Positions 1 through 13,819 are shown, counted from the first letter of the stretch. The stretch is 64,000 nt of DNA from Octopus vulgaris (GCA_951406725.2 OX597820.1:73284001-73348000); one strand, 5' to 3'. The notes: generated from the letters alone by a model not told the origin. A program made the numbers and translations.

Positions 1-224
1 TCTTAGCCAACTAACCAATAATCAAAAGCATTTAATCTATCATAGTTCCGTCTCATTTTCAGATTTGGTGTGGCTTGAACTATCTTACCCAATGAATAAC
101 TGCATTGTTTATCAATCTGTAGATGGTAGTATGTGCGACTTGAAGGTGTTTTTACTGCTATTTCCAGCATGCCAAACATCCTGTGTTAGAGGTCTCCTTG
201 TTCGATTGTTTATGCAATTTTTCT

Positions 225-530
225 AGGCTGTGAGATTAAGAAATTCGCTTTGCAGCCGTTTGGTTTCTGGTTCAATCCCATTATATAGCATCTTGGGCAA
301 ATATCTTATAATAGTCCCGACTGATTATTGCTGTGTGAGTGAAATTATTAGACGGAAAGTGTTCGGAAGCCTCAATATGTGTGTGGTTGACCCCCACCAC
401 CACTTGTCAACTGGTGTTAATTTGTTTACACCTCCATAACATAGCTGTACCACAAAAGAGACCGATAGAATAAGTACCAGACTTTGAAAATAAGTATTGA
501 GGTCGATTTGACCGACTAAATCCTTCAAGT
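225..530 (+). mobile_element. Degenerate SINE family B (tRNA-like head, CORE-like CTTGGGCAA block)
   Basis: Matches better copies such as 6780-7167 (ggttcaatccca...catcttgggcaaatatc...gagaccgatagaataagtacc). Confidence 0.7.
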
Positions 531-763
531 TAAAAGGGCAGTCTGTGACCCTGTACCACCAGTATTTGCTTTCTAAATCCTGGATATCCATAGGAATTAG
601 AACTTCACTATGTTTTTTTTTTTTTTGCTTTTTTTTGTATCTTTTAAAAATCTGGTATTTATTCTATGTCATTTTGCTGAACTACTAAGTTACAGAGAGG
701 TAAATAGACCAACACCGGTTGACATGCAGCATGTGAGAGTGGGGGTAGACAGTCACAGATATT

Positions 764-794
<31 letters not shown>

Positions 795-1664
795 GGAGGA
801 CTTCCACACAGTTTCCATCTGCCACCAAATTCACTCTAGAGGCTGACATGAATGGGGCTTGCTTTGGACCTGTGACTCTGGATGTGTATCAGGTGGGTGC
901 CACTGTGACATTCGGCGTTTTGTTTTTGGTGGGGGGGCACTTTTATTTTAGACCAGCGGTACCCATCCCTCTTTATCTCTGTCATATGGAAATAGGCTGA
1001 CTGATAGATAGAAAATAAAAGAAGAATCGATCCATGGTACTTTATTTAATGACCTCGAAAGAATGCAAAGCCAAGTTGACCATATAGGGATCTGAACTCT
1101 AAGAGTAGCAAGCATGAACATTTGCTGTAAAAAGCAATCGATTCGACTATGTAACGACTCTGCCAATTGGCGGCCTATCTAATGCTATTTATTGGGAAAG
1201 CCATAAACGTCACAATTCTCCACCCTTTAGAAAAAACAATTTTATAAAAAGAAATACAGCCGACTATTCTAGAGTCAATCTATGAAAAGTAGTTATAACT
1301 TCCTAACATCGTTAATTCTCTCCCGAGAGAAAAAAAATATATGAATGCCAACCATACAATAAATATCTTCGCCCCTCTTCCCTATAAATATAAAAATCTT
1401 GTGATTATGTAAGAAATCAATAAATTTGCAGCAGATATTATTTATTTTATAGCTCCAATGAAACTTTTGTGCACGAAAATATATATCTCCTCTGCTTTCG
1501 AAAAAAATATGATGAATATAATTATATAACATGAAGCTGTTGATAGAGCGAACTTGATAATATTACGTGATGTTAATCACAATCACAGCCAAGTGGTCCA
1601 TTCTGCAATTATGGGATCGCAGGTTCGATCTACTTGCGAGACATTCTAGGTTAATCTGAAGTCT

Positions 1665-1870
1665 TTCATGAGCCCTAGCACCTATAAGGTTAGAGTACAA
1701 CCTGGTTTCCAGGGCATATAAGTGACAGAGGGACGCAAGTCCATCGCAGGTTTAACTTCGCAGCTATTGTTGGAATTCGTTTGTAGCTAAGCGGATTGGA
1801 GTAACGTCAAATGATGTATTTTGCTCATGAACACAATGCACTGCAATCCTCTGGTAGAAACCGCGTGTCA
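1665..1870 (-). mobile_element. Degenerate SINE family C
   Basis: ggagtaacgtcaaatgatgtattttgctcatgaacacaa resembles the copy at 56358-56695. Confidence 0.5.
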
Positions 1871-2512
1871 CAGTTTCACAATACGCGCTCCACAGTGTCA
1901 CAATATGTGTGCCACAATGTATAACATAACTGACCGTTTTGGATTACAGTACAACACATGCGATGGTTGCCTCCCTTTCCGCCTGCTCAATTTCTCTCAC
2001 AAATCTTCGGTTATCTCACAGGTCTGCTAAAAAAAAAGACAAAAACGATGAAACCCCTTACCTAAGATGAAAGGTCCTAGTCTAATAATTAGGGTGTCGC
2101 CCTCATCGTCGTGTGATTGTGGTTTCGATTCTTGAACAGGGAGGCAAGACCTACCTTAGTGAAAAATGTCGCACGCAACATAGACTAGTGATCAGTGACC
2201 TCAGAAAAGCAAGACAATTTGGAATGTATGGAAGCCGGAATATCCCCCGACCAGGCGTGGCTCAAAGCGACATCATTTAATTCATATGAGAAGTTGGAGG
2301 AGGATATAGGGACCGATAATTTACAGTGCATTATTGGACTGTGTGGCTATTCCACCCAGTCCAATAAGCAAACAGAATGCATACAGCATTTAATACAGCA
2401 TTTAATACATGTTCGCTGTATGCATAAATTAGTATTAACATGAAAGAAACAATACAAATGGATGTTAAGATTATAAACTGAGTGAGTACATTTTCAGTGA
2501 TTAAAATTTCGC

Positions 2513-3000
2513 TCATTATCATCATCATCATCATTATCATTATCATCTGTTCTCAGCTGGTTGATCATCACGGACTTCCATTCAGGTCTTTTCTCTGCCA
2601 TTTTCACACATTCACCATATGATAGTCCTTGATGTTATCAAACAAGTTTGTTCTAGGTTTTCTTTATATATCTTTATAATCTTTATATATCTTGCTGCTC
2701 TTACTTTGAGACCAAAGTACTTAATTTTCCTTTTTTTTATCGTTATGTATAATAATATTTTCGTATTTGTAAGTTCTGGCACTTTTTCACTAATTTCGTT
2801 TTGTCCAAGATATTCTTAACATTCTTCTCTATGCCCACATTTCAGACATTTTTCATCAATGTCCACGTTTCTACACAGCCTTTTTCTTGTTTCTTTGAGT
2901 ATATTCTTTGGTGTTAAAGCTCTAGACATATTTTCAAATGTTTTCCTTGCAATTTCTATTCTTCGTCAGTTAAAACCAGAAGGGACAACATCGGAATTAA
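2513..3000 (-). pseudogene. 3' fragment of RTE-clade (BovB-like) LINE
   Basis: Interrupted minus-strand peptides RRIEIARKTFENMSRAL, EMWA*RRMLRISWT and IKKRKIKYFG; ends in a (GAT)n tail at about 2513-2547. Confidence 0.75.
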
Positions 3001-3357
3001 AATTATTTACAATTAGCTTTTCTAAAAAAATGGCTTTCCAGTGAGAGTGTCTCTGGTCTTTAGATGAACAGAAGCGGAAACTTCGCTTCGGTGTCGGACA
3101 ACTTTCTTTTCTAAATTTATTTAATATTAGAATATATTTTGAAACTATAACATGTCGAATTGTACCCAAATTGTCAGTTCAAAATCAAACAATCCTTATT
3201 TCCCATTTTGATTAGGTGGTACAGTAGTCTTCACTAATTACACAACTGCATCAACTCATCTCAAAAACATTTTCTATATAATTTTTAGTTGTGGATCTTG
3301 GCTGTCGCTTAAACAAAAACACCGAAAGCTCTTCACAATATGGATATAGTTAGGATA

Positions 3358-3750
3358 AGGCGGCGAGCTAGCGGAATCATTAACGTACCGAACAAAATGA
3401 TCAACTTTGCCTTTCATCTTTTCAGGGTCGATAAAATAAAGTACCAGTCAAGTACTGGGATAGTGGGTATCAACTTACTCCCAGCCTTAAATTTGCAGGG
3501 CTTGTGTCAAGATTTGAAACCAGTATTTCAGATTCTGCTAGAACCAGCTGGCAGAATCTTTAACATGTGGGACAATGTTTAACAGCATTTCCTCCGGCTC
3601 TTGACGTTCTAAGTTCAAATCCCACCATGGTCAACTTAGTCGTTCATCCTTTCGGAATCGATAAAATAAAGTACCATCCAAGTACTGGAGTCGATGTAAT
3701 CGACCAACCACCTCCCCTCAAATTCCTGGCCTTGTGCCAACGTTCGAAAC
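3358..3750 (+). mobile_element. Two tandem SINE family A copies (Meta-domain-like core)
   Basis: ggcggcgagctagcggaatc head; tcaactttgcctttcatcttttcagggtcgataaaataaagtacc core present twice. Confidence 0.8.
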
Positions 3751-4474
3751 AATATGGATATCACTTTAATTAATTAAAATTATAGTGATCACTGCATTTA
3801 ATTATGTTACCATTTATCTCAATATAAGAATTGTAATTAACTCACTAATTTAATTTGTCGGCATTTCATTGTTTATTTAACATAAAGCCTTTGTTATATT
3901 TCATAATAGAGAATGTTCTTTTGTTTTTTTAAAAAATAGTTTGTAATTAGCGCTGTATTTGAAGAACAGTTTTGATTATAATGAATATAAATTCTATGCA
4001 AATGATGTTTGTTTTCCGATGTAAGCCACAGAAAAATATTTTCTTTCAGCAATTTTCTAATAAAATGATCGTGATGTTTTGTTGATATGGTATGTCAAGT
4101 GTTTTCTTTAATTAATTCAATAAGCAACATAAATGGCCTGCTCGATCTAACCAACTGTAACAAAAAGAATTCCACTCACTTAAAGCGTCCAAAGAATAAC
4201 CAAAAATATTGTGGAATAACAGGATGCGCACTCAAAACAATTGTATTCAATGTATTCAATGTGATAGAACGACGATGCCTCTACACCGTCGCTAAGCCTG
4301 CTAGATATAACAGCTAAATCTTCCACAAAGCACACTCTACCGACCTAAATTAAAAGGAAATGAAGGAATTGTAGAGCTGGATATTAGGATGATTACAGCT
4401 GGTGTGTTTATAATCACGGTTTATCAATATGAGACAGCAAAAATTAATTAATAATGATAATAATAATAATTTAA

Positions 4475-5300
4475 ATTTTGGTACAAGATCACTAATTTTA
4501 GAAAGAAGGTGTTTGTCAATTATATCGGCGCAAGTACTCAACTAGTATTTATTTTATCGGCTCCGAAATGATAAAAGACAAAGTTGGCCGCGGCGGAAAT
4601 TGAACTGAGAGCGTGATGAGGCGGAACAAATACCACAGCCTTTTCTCCGACGCTCCAACGACTTTGTCAAGTCGCCATCTTAATAATAATGGTTCCAAAT
4701 TTTTGCCACATGGGTAACTTGAGGGAGGTGGGGATGAGTCGATAACATCAACCCCAGTGTTCAACTGGTACTTATTTAATCGACTCCGAAAGGATGAAAG
4801 GCAAAGTCGACTTCGGCGGAATTTGAACTCAGAGCGTAGCGACGGGCGAAATACGCTAACGGTTCTGCCAACCCACCACTTTATTATTAATTTTAATTCT
4901 TTCTAATTTTGGTACAAGGCCAGCAATTTTGTGGAGAGTGGGCAAGTCGATGACATCTTGACTGTTACTTTATTTTATCGATCCCAAAAGGATGAAAAAT
5001 GATGTTGGTTTCGGCGGGATTTGAATTCGGAAGGTAAAGAGTTGGAAGAAATACTGCAAGGCATTTTGTCCGACGCTCAAAGGATTCTGCCAGCTCTTAA
5101 TATTGGTTTCACATTTTGGTACAAGGCCAGCAATTTTGAGAGGACGGGGTAAATCGATCCATCTTACCGAGTACTTAACTGGTACTTTACTTTATCGATC
5201 CAGAAGAGATGAAAGGCCTCGAGAGGATATGAACTCAGAAACGTAAAGAAAACTAAAGAGCCGTAACTAAACATCACATAGCATTTTGTTCGACGCACTA
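4475..5300 (-). mobile_element. Four tandem SINE family A copies
   Basis: Repeated ttttggtacaag...ggtacttattt...ggatgaaaggcaaagtcgac...tttgaactcaga units at about 4475, 4690, 4905 and 5105. Confidence 0.8.
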
Positions 5301-5399
5301 ACTATTCGTTTCCATATGAGTCAGCTAATATTTTCTTAAACTTTCTCAGATGTTTATTCTGTAACTTGCTAGACGTTGGTGCTATGATATCGATACCGT

Positions 5400-5920
5400 G
5401 CGGTAATCGAAGTCGATAGTTGATTTTCTCTTCCCATTTCTCGGTTGATGCTAATGTTTCAATTTTTCAACTATTTCTTGCCGATTCTTTTACAAACTGC
5501 AGACTTTCCTTTTCCTTAACCCAACAACAAACCATCCTTAATTACTTTACTTTCATTACAAACATTGATATATCTGCATTACTATCAGACCTTCCATGTT
5601 TAAGAAGTAGGCGATTGGTGTGTATTACAGATTTTTCTTTCTATCTTTTCTATGATCCTTCAAAGCAAAATTATTTTAATTTGGTAGAAATACTTCGCTG
5701 TATCCTAAGAGAATTCAGCCGTTTGATCGATTTGCTTTGAACATATAGTTTAAGATTACCAATTATTTCGGTATTGCAGAAAACAGCAATATCAAAATCA
5801 TTTCTTATTGGTAATCTATAACCTCTGCTTTGCTTAAATGATTTGGATTTTATTGATCAAAAAGTATTGTCTGTTTGAGATATCGCCTTTCAAATATATT
5901 TCGATTTGCCTTTAGAGTCT
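5400..5920 (-). pseudogene. Highly decayed RT fragment of an R4/Dong-like non-LTR retrotransposon
   Basis: Frameshifted remnants (LGYSEVF, LLKHG, SLQFVKES, EKWEEK) resembling the post-RT region of this group; weak. Confidence 0.4.
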
Positions 5921-6203
5921 AGTGTTCATGCGGATGGTGAAATTCAAGTATTTCACGAATCAAGAGAATAGAACTTCTATATACTCCAAGCTTCAATTAT
6001 ACTCCGTCGTGTTTTTTTTTGTATTGTTTCTAAGGAAACAGCTTATCACAAACTTACATAACAGGCCTTTCAAAAACTTCGCTTCTACCGACTTTTACTC
6101 TTTGGTAGTGATGGCTGTGTGGTTAAGAAACACGCTTCGCAGCTTCGTGGTTTTGGCTTGAGTCCGAGCTGATCAAGGGGACTTAATTTGTTTGATGGAA
6201 TCT

Positions 6204-6251
<48 letters not shown>

Positions 6252-6339
6252 TATGGAGGTGTATAATAATATAAATAATATATATATGTATGCATATATA
6301 CATACGTATATGTACATACTTACATCTATACGTATGTAT

Positions 6340-6722
6340 ATATGCATATGTGGGCACAGGACGTCATGAGGCGTGTACAACAAAAATTACGAAGTACGAG
6401 TACATGGAATATGAACTATTTTTTCGAACAGCGAAAGACACAAATAGAAAACAAGACAAACAGCACAAAAAGCTAACCTTCATCAGGTGTCGGCTGTTTT
6501 TCTACTCTCGTATTTCGAGCATTTAACAATGATAAGACAGTTGCTCCTGCAAAGCAAATTAAATAAAAATTTGGGATTTTGCGGAGGGTAAAAATAAGTA
6601 ACACAAGCAGGACAGTGGAAACAAACATCACGGGCTACTAAGCCTAAACAAGATTGTGGTGGCGAACGCGTAAATCAAGCTTGGACAGGAGACAGACAAG
6701 AACACGTCTTCCTTGATCCAGC
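6340..6722. repeat. Unclassified interspersed repeat between microsatellites, possibly Penelope-related
   Basis: Complex-sequence island between (TA)n and (CA)n; shares ccttcatcaggtgtc with family E. Confidence 0.35.
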
Positions 6723-6779
6723 TACACACACACACATACACACACACACACACACACATATATATACTCTTACTCTTTC

Positions 6780-7167
6780 CTCTTTTACTTGTTTCAGTCA
6801 TTTGACTGCGGCCATGCTGGAGCACTGCCTTTAATCGAGCAACTTGACCCCGGTTCTTATTCTTTGTAAGCCCAGTACTTATTCTATCAGTCTCTTTTGC
6901 CGAACCGCTAAGTGACGGGGACATAAACACACCAGCATCGATTGTCAAGCAATGATAGAGGGACAAATACAGACACACAAACATACACGCACACACATAT
7001 ATATACATATATACGACGGGCTTCTTTCAATTTCCATCTACTCACAAGGCTTTGGTCGGCCCGAGGCTATAGTAGAAGACATTTGCCCAAGGTGCCACGC
7101 AGTGGGACTGAACCCAGAACCATGTGGTTGGTAAGCAAGCTACTTACCACACAGCCACTCCTGCGCC
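6780..7167 (-). mobile_element. SINE family B, near full length
   Basis: Head ggcgcaggagtggctgtgtggtaag...gggttcagtccc (A/B-box-like), ccttgggcaa core, internal microsatellite, tail tgactgaaacaagtaaaaga. Confidence 0.92.
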
Positions 7168-7225
7168 TATATATATATATATAAATATATATATTTATAT
7201 ACATATATATATATGTATATATGTA

Positions 7226-7256
<31 letters not shown>

Positions 7257-7261
7257 GCATA

Positions 7262-7520
7262 TAGTGGTTGTCTACTCCTAATGCAGAGTCTGGCCACCTC
7301 CTGTACCTACACCTTAGAACCATCATGAAGTCTGATATGGCTTTTTAAACCCGACAATGTTTTGAAAAGACACCCACATAGATTGCATATCCAATTTGGA
7401 CTACCAAGAGCTGCAGTTAAGTTCTGATCTTTGTGGATCGCAAAATGTCTTTTGAGGCCTCTGTTAGATTTGGAGACTTTATGGCATACATTGCGTTGAA
7501 AGGTGTGCACAGACATAAAG
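7262..7520 (-). pseudogene. 3' end of RTE-like LINE ORF with two C2H2 zinc fingers and short 3' UTR
   Basis: ORF 7307-7516 has CNLCGCLFKTLSGLKSHIRLH plus a degenerate RNVCHKVSKSNRGLKRHFAIH; runs into a microsatellite tail; no TGEKP linkers. Confidence 0.65.
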
Positions 7521-8054
7521 GCAGAATAGTTGGTATATTTGATTAATGAGAGAGGTGGAAGATGGATAATGGAAGATACAAGAATGTTTATTAATTACTA
7601 CAATTGTTTCGACCCATCCAGTTTCGATCACTTACGGATGGTATACTTAACAACTGGTTTAAGAGAATCTGTCGGTGTAGATGTGTCTCTTTAGGTGATT
7701 ACAAGATGTATCTCCGAATATATATATATATATGTATGTTTATGTGTTTGTATGTATGTCTATGTGATGTGTGCGTGATGTTTGTACGCATGTGTTTTTG
7801 CCTTTGTTTGCACAACTGGTGTTGGTTTTCATCTCTGTGACTTAGTAGTCCGGAAAAAGAGACCGATCAAGATAGAATACGTACCGAACATTTTTTAAAT
7901 AAAAAACAATAATGCTGGGATTGATTTGTAGAATACATTCGGGGGTGGGGGAATCGTAAAAGTCATTTACTAAAGAACCCACCAAAGCGTCTAAAGGCGT
8001 ATAAAAACGTAATCAGTTCCCCAGTTTAACGCCGAAGCCCAAGGTGAAGGACTG

Positions 8055-8300
8055 TTGTCTAGTGGTTATGGTGCTGCACTGACAATCGCAAGATCGTGGT
8101 TTCTAATCCCGGACCGGATGAGTGTTGTGTTCTTGAGCAAAAACACTTCATTTCATCTGGCTGCAATCCACTCAGCTGTAAATGAGTTACCTTGCAAGGG
8201 ACTGGCGTCCCGTCCAGGAGTAGTGTTATGATCTCGGTCACTTAAACACCATGGAATCTGGGTAACAGGCCGTATAAGTCGTAGGACTCGAGACAATACT
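8055..8300 (+). mobile_element. SINE family C
   Basis: ctagtggtta A-box-like, gtttctaatcccgg B-box-like, tgtgttcttgagcaaaaacactt core. Confidence 0.75.
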
Positions 8301-8905
8301 CATTTCTATTACAAAAATTGGTACAAGGTCTCTGGCCTGAGCTTTAATTGCAGCTCTTACACTCAATAATTGCGGAGGGCCTCCTTGCTCCTCTGGTTAA
8401 TAAAAACTAAAATGGAATTTAATGCAAGGTCGACTTTGCCTTTAATCCTTTCGAGGTCGATAAAGCAAGTACCTTTTGAGCAAGGGTATCAATGTAATCG
8501 GCTTACCTCTGCCCCGAAATTGCTGACCTTTAGCTAAAACCTAAAACTAATAGTATATTGGGCCATTTAAGTAAATAATAAAAGCCGCCACATCATCGGT
8601 CTAAAATTATATGTAATATGAGAAAACATAGATGACTTGAATTCAGGCGTGACTACGTTTTGGGTGAAGAAATGAAGATAAAAATTGTAACAATATCTAG
8701 TGAAATTGTAAAAGAAGGTATAGCTAATGGTTTCTTTGATCATACATAACATTAATTGAAACAAACTTTAGATATCAATTCAGTTAATTTTGGGACATAA
8801 TTGAATTTGTAATGGCTTTTCATTGCAGCTTTGCCATGGAGAAAAATTCTCATTATTTACATTATTTACATTTGATGGATATTTGTCCTTATCGTGTTTG
8901 TTATT

Positions 8906-8951
8906 AACACAACGTTTCGTTTGATATGCCTTCCAGCCTTCATCAGGTGTC
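8906..8951 (-). ncRNA. Minimal type I hammerhead motif (family E), stem II partly mutated
   Basis: gacac CTGATGA A GGCTG..CAAAC GAAA CGTT gtgtt. Confidence 0.65.
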
Positions 8952-8998
8952 TTGGAAATATTTCGAAACTGGGTTCTCATTCCTAAGGTATTTTTCGA

Positions 8999-9041
<43 letters not shown>

Positions 9042-9045
9042 GTTA

Positions 9046-9089
<44 letters not shown>

Positions 9090-9147
9090 ATCACTGCCTG
9101 GAATCGAACTCGGAATCTTGGGGTTAACCACTCCGCCATATGCCCGT

Positions 9148-9220
9148 GGCATATGGTGTAGTAGTTAAGAGCGCGGGTTACTAACCCCAAGATTCCGAGT
9201 TCGATTCGAGGCAGTAACCT
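9148..9220 (+). promoter_or_regulatory. tRNA-derived Pol III head (A and B boxes) of family E
   Basis: TGGTGTAGTAGTT A box, ggg-ttactaa-ccc anticodon-like arm, GAGTTCGATTC B box; no complete acceptor stem. Confidence 0.75.
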
Positions 9221-9221
9221 A

Positions 9222-9271
<50 letters not shown>

Positions 9272-9318
9272 TAATAATAATAACATCAAAAAATACCTTA
9301 GGTTTGAAATTTCCCCAA

Positions 9319-9364
9319 GACACCTGATGAAGGTTGGAGGATGTATCAGCGGAAACGTTGTGTT
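9319..9364 (+). ncRNA. Minimal type I hammerhead motif (family E), stem II partly mutated
   Basis: gacac CTGATGA A GGTTG..CAGCG GAAA CGTT gtgtt. Confidence 0.65.
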
Positions 9365-9580
9365 AACAGCAAACAAGATGAGGACAAATATCCATCTAAT
9401 GTAAATAATGTACATAATTTCTCGTCTCTCAAATAATGAACTGAGAAAAATTCTCTCTTTAAACAAAATAGCATTAAAGTTTGTTTATTTTCCGTCACTG
9501 CTTCGCACACCAGTGTACATATTTGCTCAGGCCAGGCGGCCTGCTCCCACAATCAGTCAATAATATTTAGTGATTTCCAA

Positions 9581-9790
9581 AGGCGGTGAGCTGGCACAAT
9601 CGTTAGCACGCCGGGGAAAAAAATGCTTAGCGGTATTTCGTCTGTCTTTACGTCCTGAGTTCACATTCCGTCGAGGTCAATTTGGCTTTTCATCCTTTCG
9701 GAGCTCATAAAATAAGTACCGGTTGAGTTCTGGAATCGATATAATCGACTTACACGCTCCGCGATATTGTTAACCTTGAATTTGAAATCA
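9581..9790 (+). mobile_element. SINE family A
   Basis: ggcggtgagctggcacaatcgttagcacgccggg head plus core. Confidence 0.85.
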
Positions 9791-10084
9791 ATATTTACTG
9801 ATTTCTTGAGAGTTGTGCTTCTAGTCAGTTTAAAGGTGCCTTTTTGGGTATCTGGTACTGGAGTTTGAAATGCATGTATTAAAGGGCGCTCCGAAATGAC
9901 TACATCACATTGTCTTAAGCGACAATGTTTTTTTTACGCCAAAACTGTAGTGAAAAGCCTTTACAAGTTCAAATGCATCCCAAACATGTGAACTGATTTC
10001 AAGTTGGTTTATTTTCTGTCATTGCTTCGAGCTCTTAAACACATACGGTAATTGTTTATTCTTTTTATTATTTTTATTATTTTT

Positions 10085-10468
10085 GCTTTTTACTTGTTTC
10101 GGGGATTTGAGTGCGGACATGCTGGAGTGCCACCTTTAGTCGAACAAATCGACCCCAGGACATATTCTTTGTAAGCCTAGTACTTATTCTTTGGCCGAAC
10201 TGCTAGGTTACGGTGATGTAAACACACCAACACTAGTTGTCAAGCGATGGTGGTGGAGACAAACAGATACAAATAACAAACACACATATATACATATATA
10301 CATACAACGGGCTTCTTCAGCTTCCGTCTACCAAATCCACTGTACAAGGGTTTGTTCGGCCCGAGGCTATAATAGAAGACACTTGCTCAATGTACCACAC
10401 AATGGGACTGAACCCAGAACCAGGTGGCTAGTAAACAAGCTTCTTACCACACAGCCACTTCTACGCTT
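10085..10468 (-). mobile_element. SINE family B
   Basis: Colinear with 6780-7167. Confidence 0.88.
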
Positions 10469-11399
10469 ATTGAACACGATTACTTAACAGCAGCACAAGT
10501 CAAACACTAAAGATACTACCAGCCATCGAGAATGTCTTTACGCGGATATCTAAACTGCTAGAAACAGCAACCGAATTCTCTTCATGCCGTCGTAATAAAT
10601 AATTAAAAACTGGTCACAGTTGGAAGGTTTTTTTACTTCAGATTTGCTCTGTCAGGGCTGACCTGGAGTTAAATAACACCAACCGATAACGCAAAAAGCA
10701 TTTCTATAGGACAAGATGTAGTCATTGTATATTAATTTTAGTTATTATTATAAAGCATTGTGAATGAAGTATGATAAGTGTTATTATGTCTATAGCTGCT
10801 GTCTACTTCATATGTAGTATACCGAATTCATACTGATATAACATTGTTTGCCTTCGAAATGGATGAGATTATATTAAGACTTTTTCCTATTATCTGGGCA
10901 AAAAAATAAGTAAATAATAATAAATAAAAGCCACTCATCTATTGAATTTTTGCTTTCTTTGCTATATAAAAACAGAATTTTACTCGAAGAAAATATCTGA
11001 ATGGAAATTAAATTACATTCTTTTCGACACTCAAAGAATTAAATTATATTTTCATGTAATCGATAATATTTCACAAAAAAAGACAAACTTCAAGACAAAG
11101 AATAAAGTTTGTGTTTAAAAACAAGTGATTTAGAAATGGTTAGTGGTAGCGTTCGAGTAGACGGTTTCGGGCGTCATGTGTAGCTTACCGCCTCCGAAGC
11201 AGTCTCTTGCTTCAGAAAGTTGCCTTCAGTGAAAGGAATAAAACGAGTGGGCGCGGCTCTTTAGGCGCTGAAGATTTCGCATGGCTGAATGGACTCTGAA
11301 CATATTTTAGTGACGTTACATTTTGGCAAGAGTACTCTTTAGCAAATACGCCCGCGCGCATAGAAATATACAAAGAATTAAGAGGATTGAGAGAGAGGG

Positions 11400-11706
11400 A
11401 GAGGAAGAGGTAGACAATACAATTTATTAATTGAACACGATTGAGACAAGCACAGAGAAATAAGTTCATAGAGAGAAGGAGAGAGGGAGGAGAGCAAAGA
11501 AGGAGGAGAGAAGAGAGGGAGGTGAGAAGAGAAGGCAGAGAGAGGAGAGAGGGAGGAGAGAAGAAAGAAAGAGAGAGAACGAAAAAATATTAAAACGTCT
11601 GATGTCAAATAAAACAGCGTCAAATCAGCGACGCCAGATAACCAGCGCCAAAACGGCTGTGCCAAAACGGCTGTGCCAAAACGGCTGTGCCAAAACGTCT
11701 CATATC
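11400..11706. mobile_element. Non-autonomous DNA-transposon-like element with subterminal 15-bp repeats (GCCAAAACGGCTGT(G))
   Basis: Reverse-complement matches at 41609-41720 and 42590-42680; partial match at 58400-58500; left boundary uncertain. Confidence 0.55.
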
Positions 11707-11709
11707 TCG

Positions 11710-12040
11710 CAATGAAACCATCATAGTTTTGGATACAGCTGATTTTTTGTCGTTCCTGGATGCAAGGACAGTGTCACAGTTTTTCCATTCCGAAGTGGAA
11801 GCGGCAGGTATTTTATCTAGGCTGCGATTGGCAGTGATATTTACCCCCAGTGCGAACCTGGTGAAACTAGTAATCACCCGTTTAGAGGAGGATTATAAAC
11901 TGACAAAGTTTCGAGTACTTTCCAATATCGTTGTTTTTGGATCTATAGCTGTGGAAACGTCCCATATCCAGAACTTCCTCCTTATTTAGTTTCATCGGGA
12001 TAAAAATTTATTAATATCCGCAGGCATGAGCTCCGCAAGG
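11710..12040 (-). pseudogene. Decayed LINE RT fragment (CR1/L2/Jockey-like)
   Basis: WDVSTAIDP resembles LDVSKATGPD; KIPAASTSEWKN..DKKSAVS resembles GKIPSEWK..KGDKS. Confidence 0.45.
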
Positions 12041-12261
12041 ATGAAAGACTATTCCTTATATTAGCCATTTTGTCAGCTAAAATTACGAAAGACTCACTAT
12101 AATATACTTTTCAATAAATATCTGTTAAAATTCAAACATTAAAAGTAACAAAAAATGGGGTGGGAGGAGAAAAATGGAGTTAATTCTTTCATGTATATGG
12201 AATGTAAATACAGTTCAGAAAGAGAAGAATTATCGGTTTGTAATTTATTTCTATAGGGGTG

Positions 12262-13578
<1,317 letters not shown>

Positions 13579-13603
13579 TATATATAAAGAGTATATATAA
13601 AAG

Positions 13604-13745
13604 AGCAAATCGACCGCGGGACTTATTCTTTGTAAGCCCAGTACTTATTCTATCGGTCTCTTTTTGCCGAACCGCTAAGTGACGGGGACGTAAACACACC
13701 AGCATCGGTTGTCAAGCAATGCTAGGGGGACAAACACAGACACAC
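13604..13745 (-). mobile_element. SINE B 3' part, tail-to-tail with 13222-13578
   Basis: Reverse complement of about 13380-13520. Confidence 0.85.
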
Positions 13746-13772
13746 ATATATACATATATATACATACATGTA

Positions 13773-13819
<47 letters not shown>

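Larger units (their letters stand above)
8852..9442. mobile_element. Family E head-to-head inverted dimer: tRNA-like head + (AAT)n + hammerhead tail, 13-bp TSD
   Basis: Arms 8852-9144(-) and 9148-9442(+) are reverse complements; TSD GAGAAAAATTCTC at 8839-8851 and 9443-9455. Confidence 0.9.

Noticed and set aside
6470-6560. Hammerhead on the minus strand (CTGATGA and GCTCGAAA present)
   Set aside because: Motifs are in an order and spacing I could not fold into three consistent stems.
9148-9220. Functional tRNA gene (also heads near 56620-56695 and 60615-60688)
   Set aside because: No complete acceptor stem or oligo-T terminator; continuous with repeat bodies, so these are SINE heads.
11647-11696. 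CRISPR-like direct repeats
   Set aside because: Contiguous tandem repeats with no spacers, eukaryotic context, no cas genes.
11687-11989. 100-aa plus-strand ORF as a host exon
   Set aside because: Starts inside a transposon terminus; the opposite strand is better explained as a LINE RT relic.
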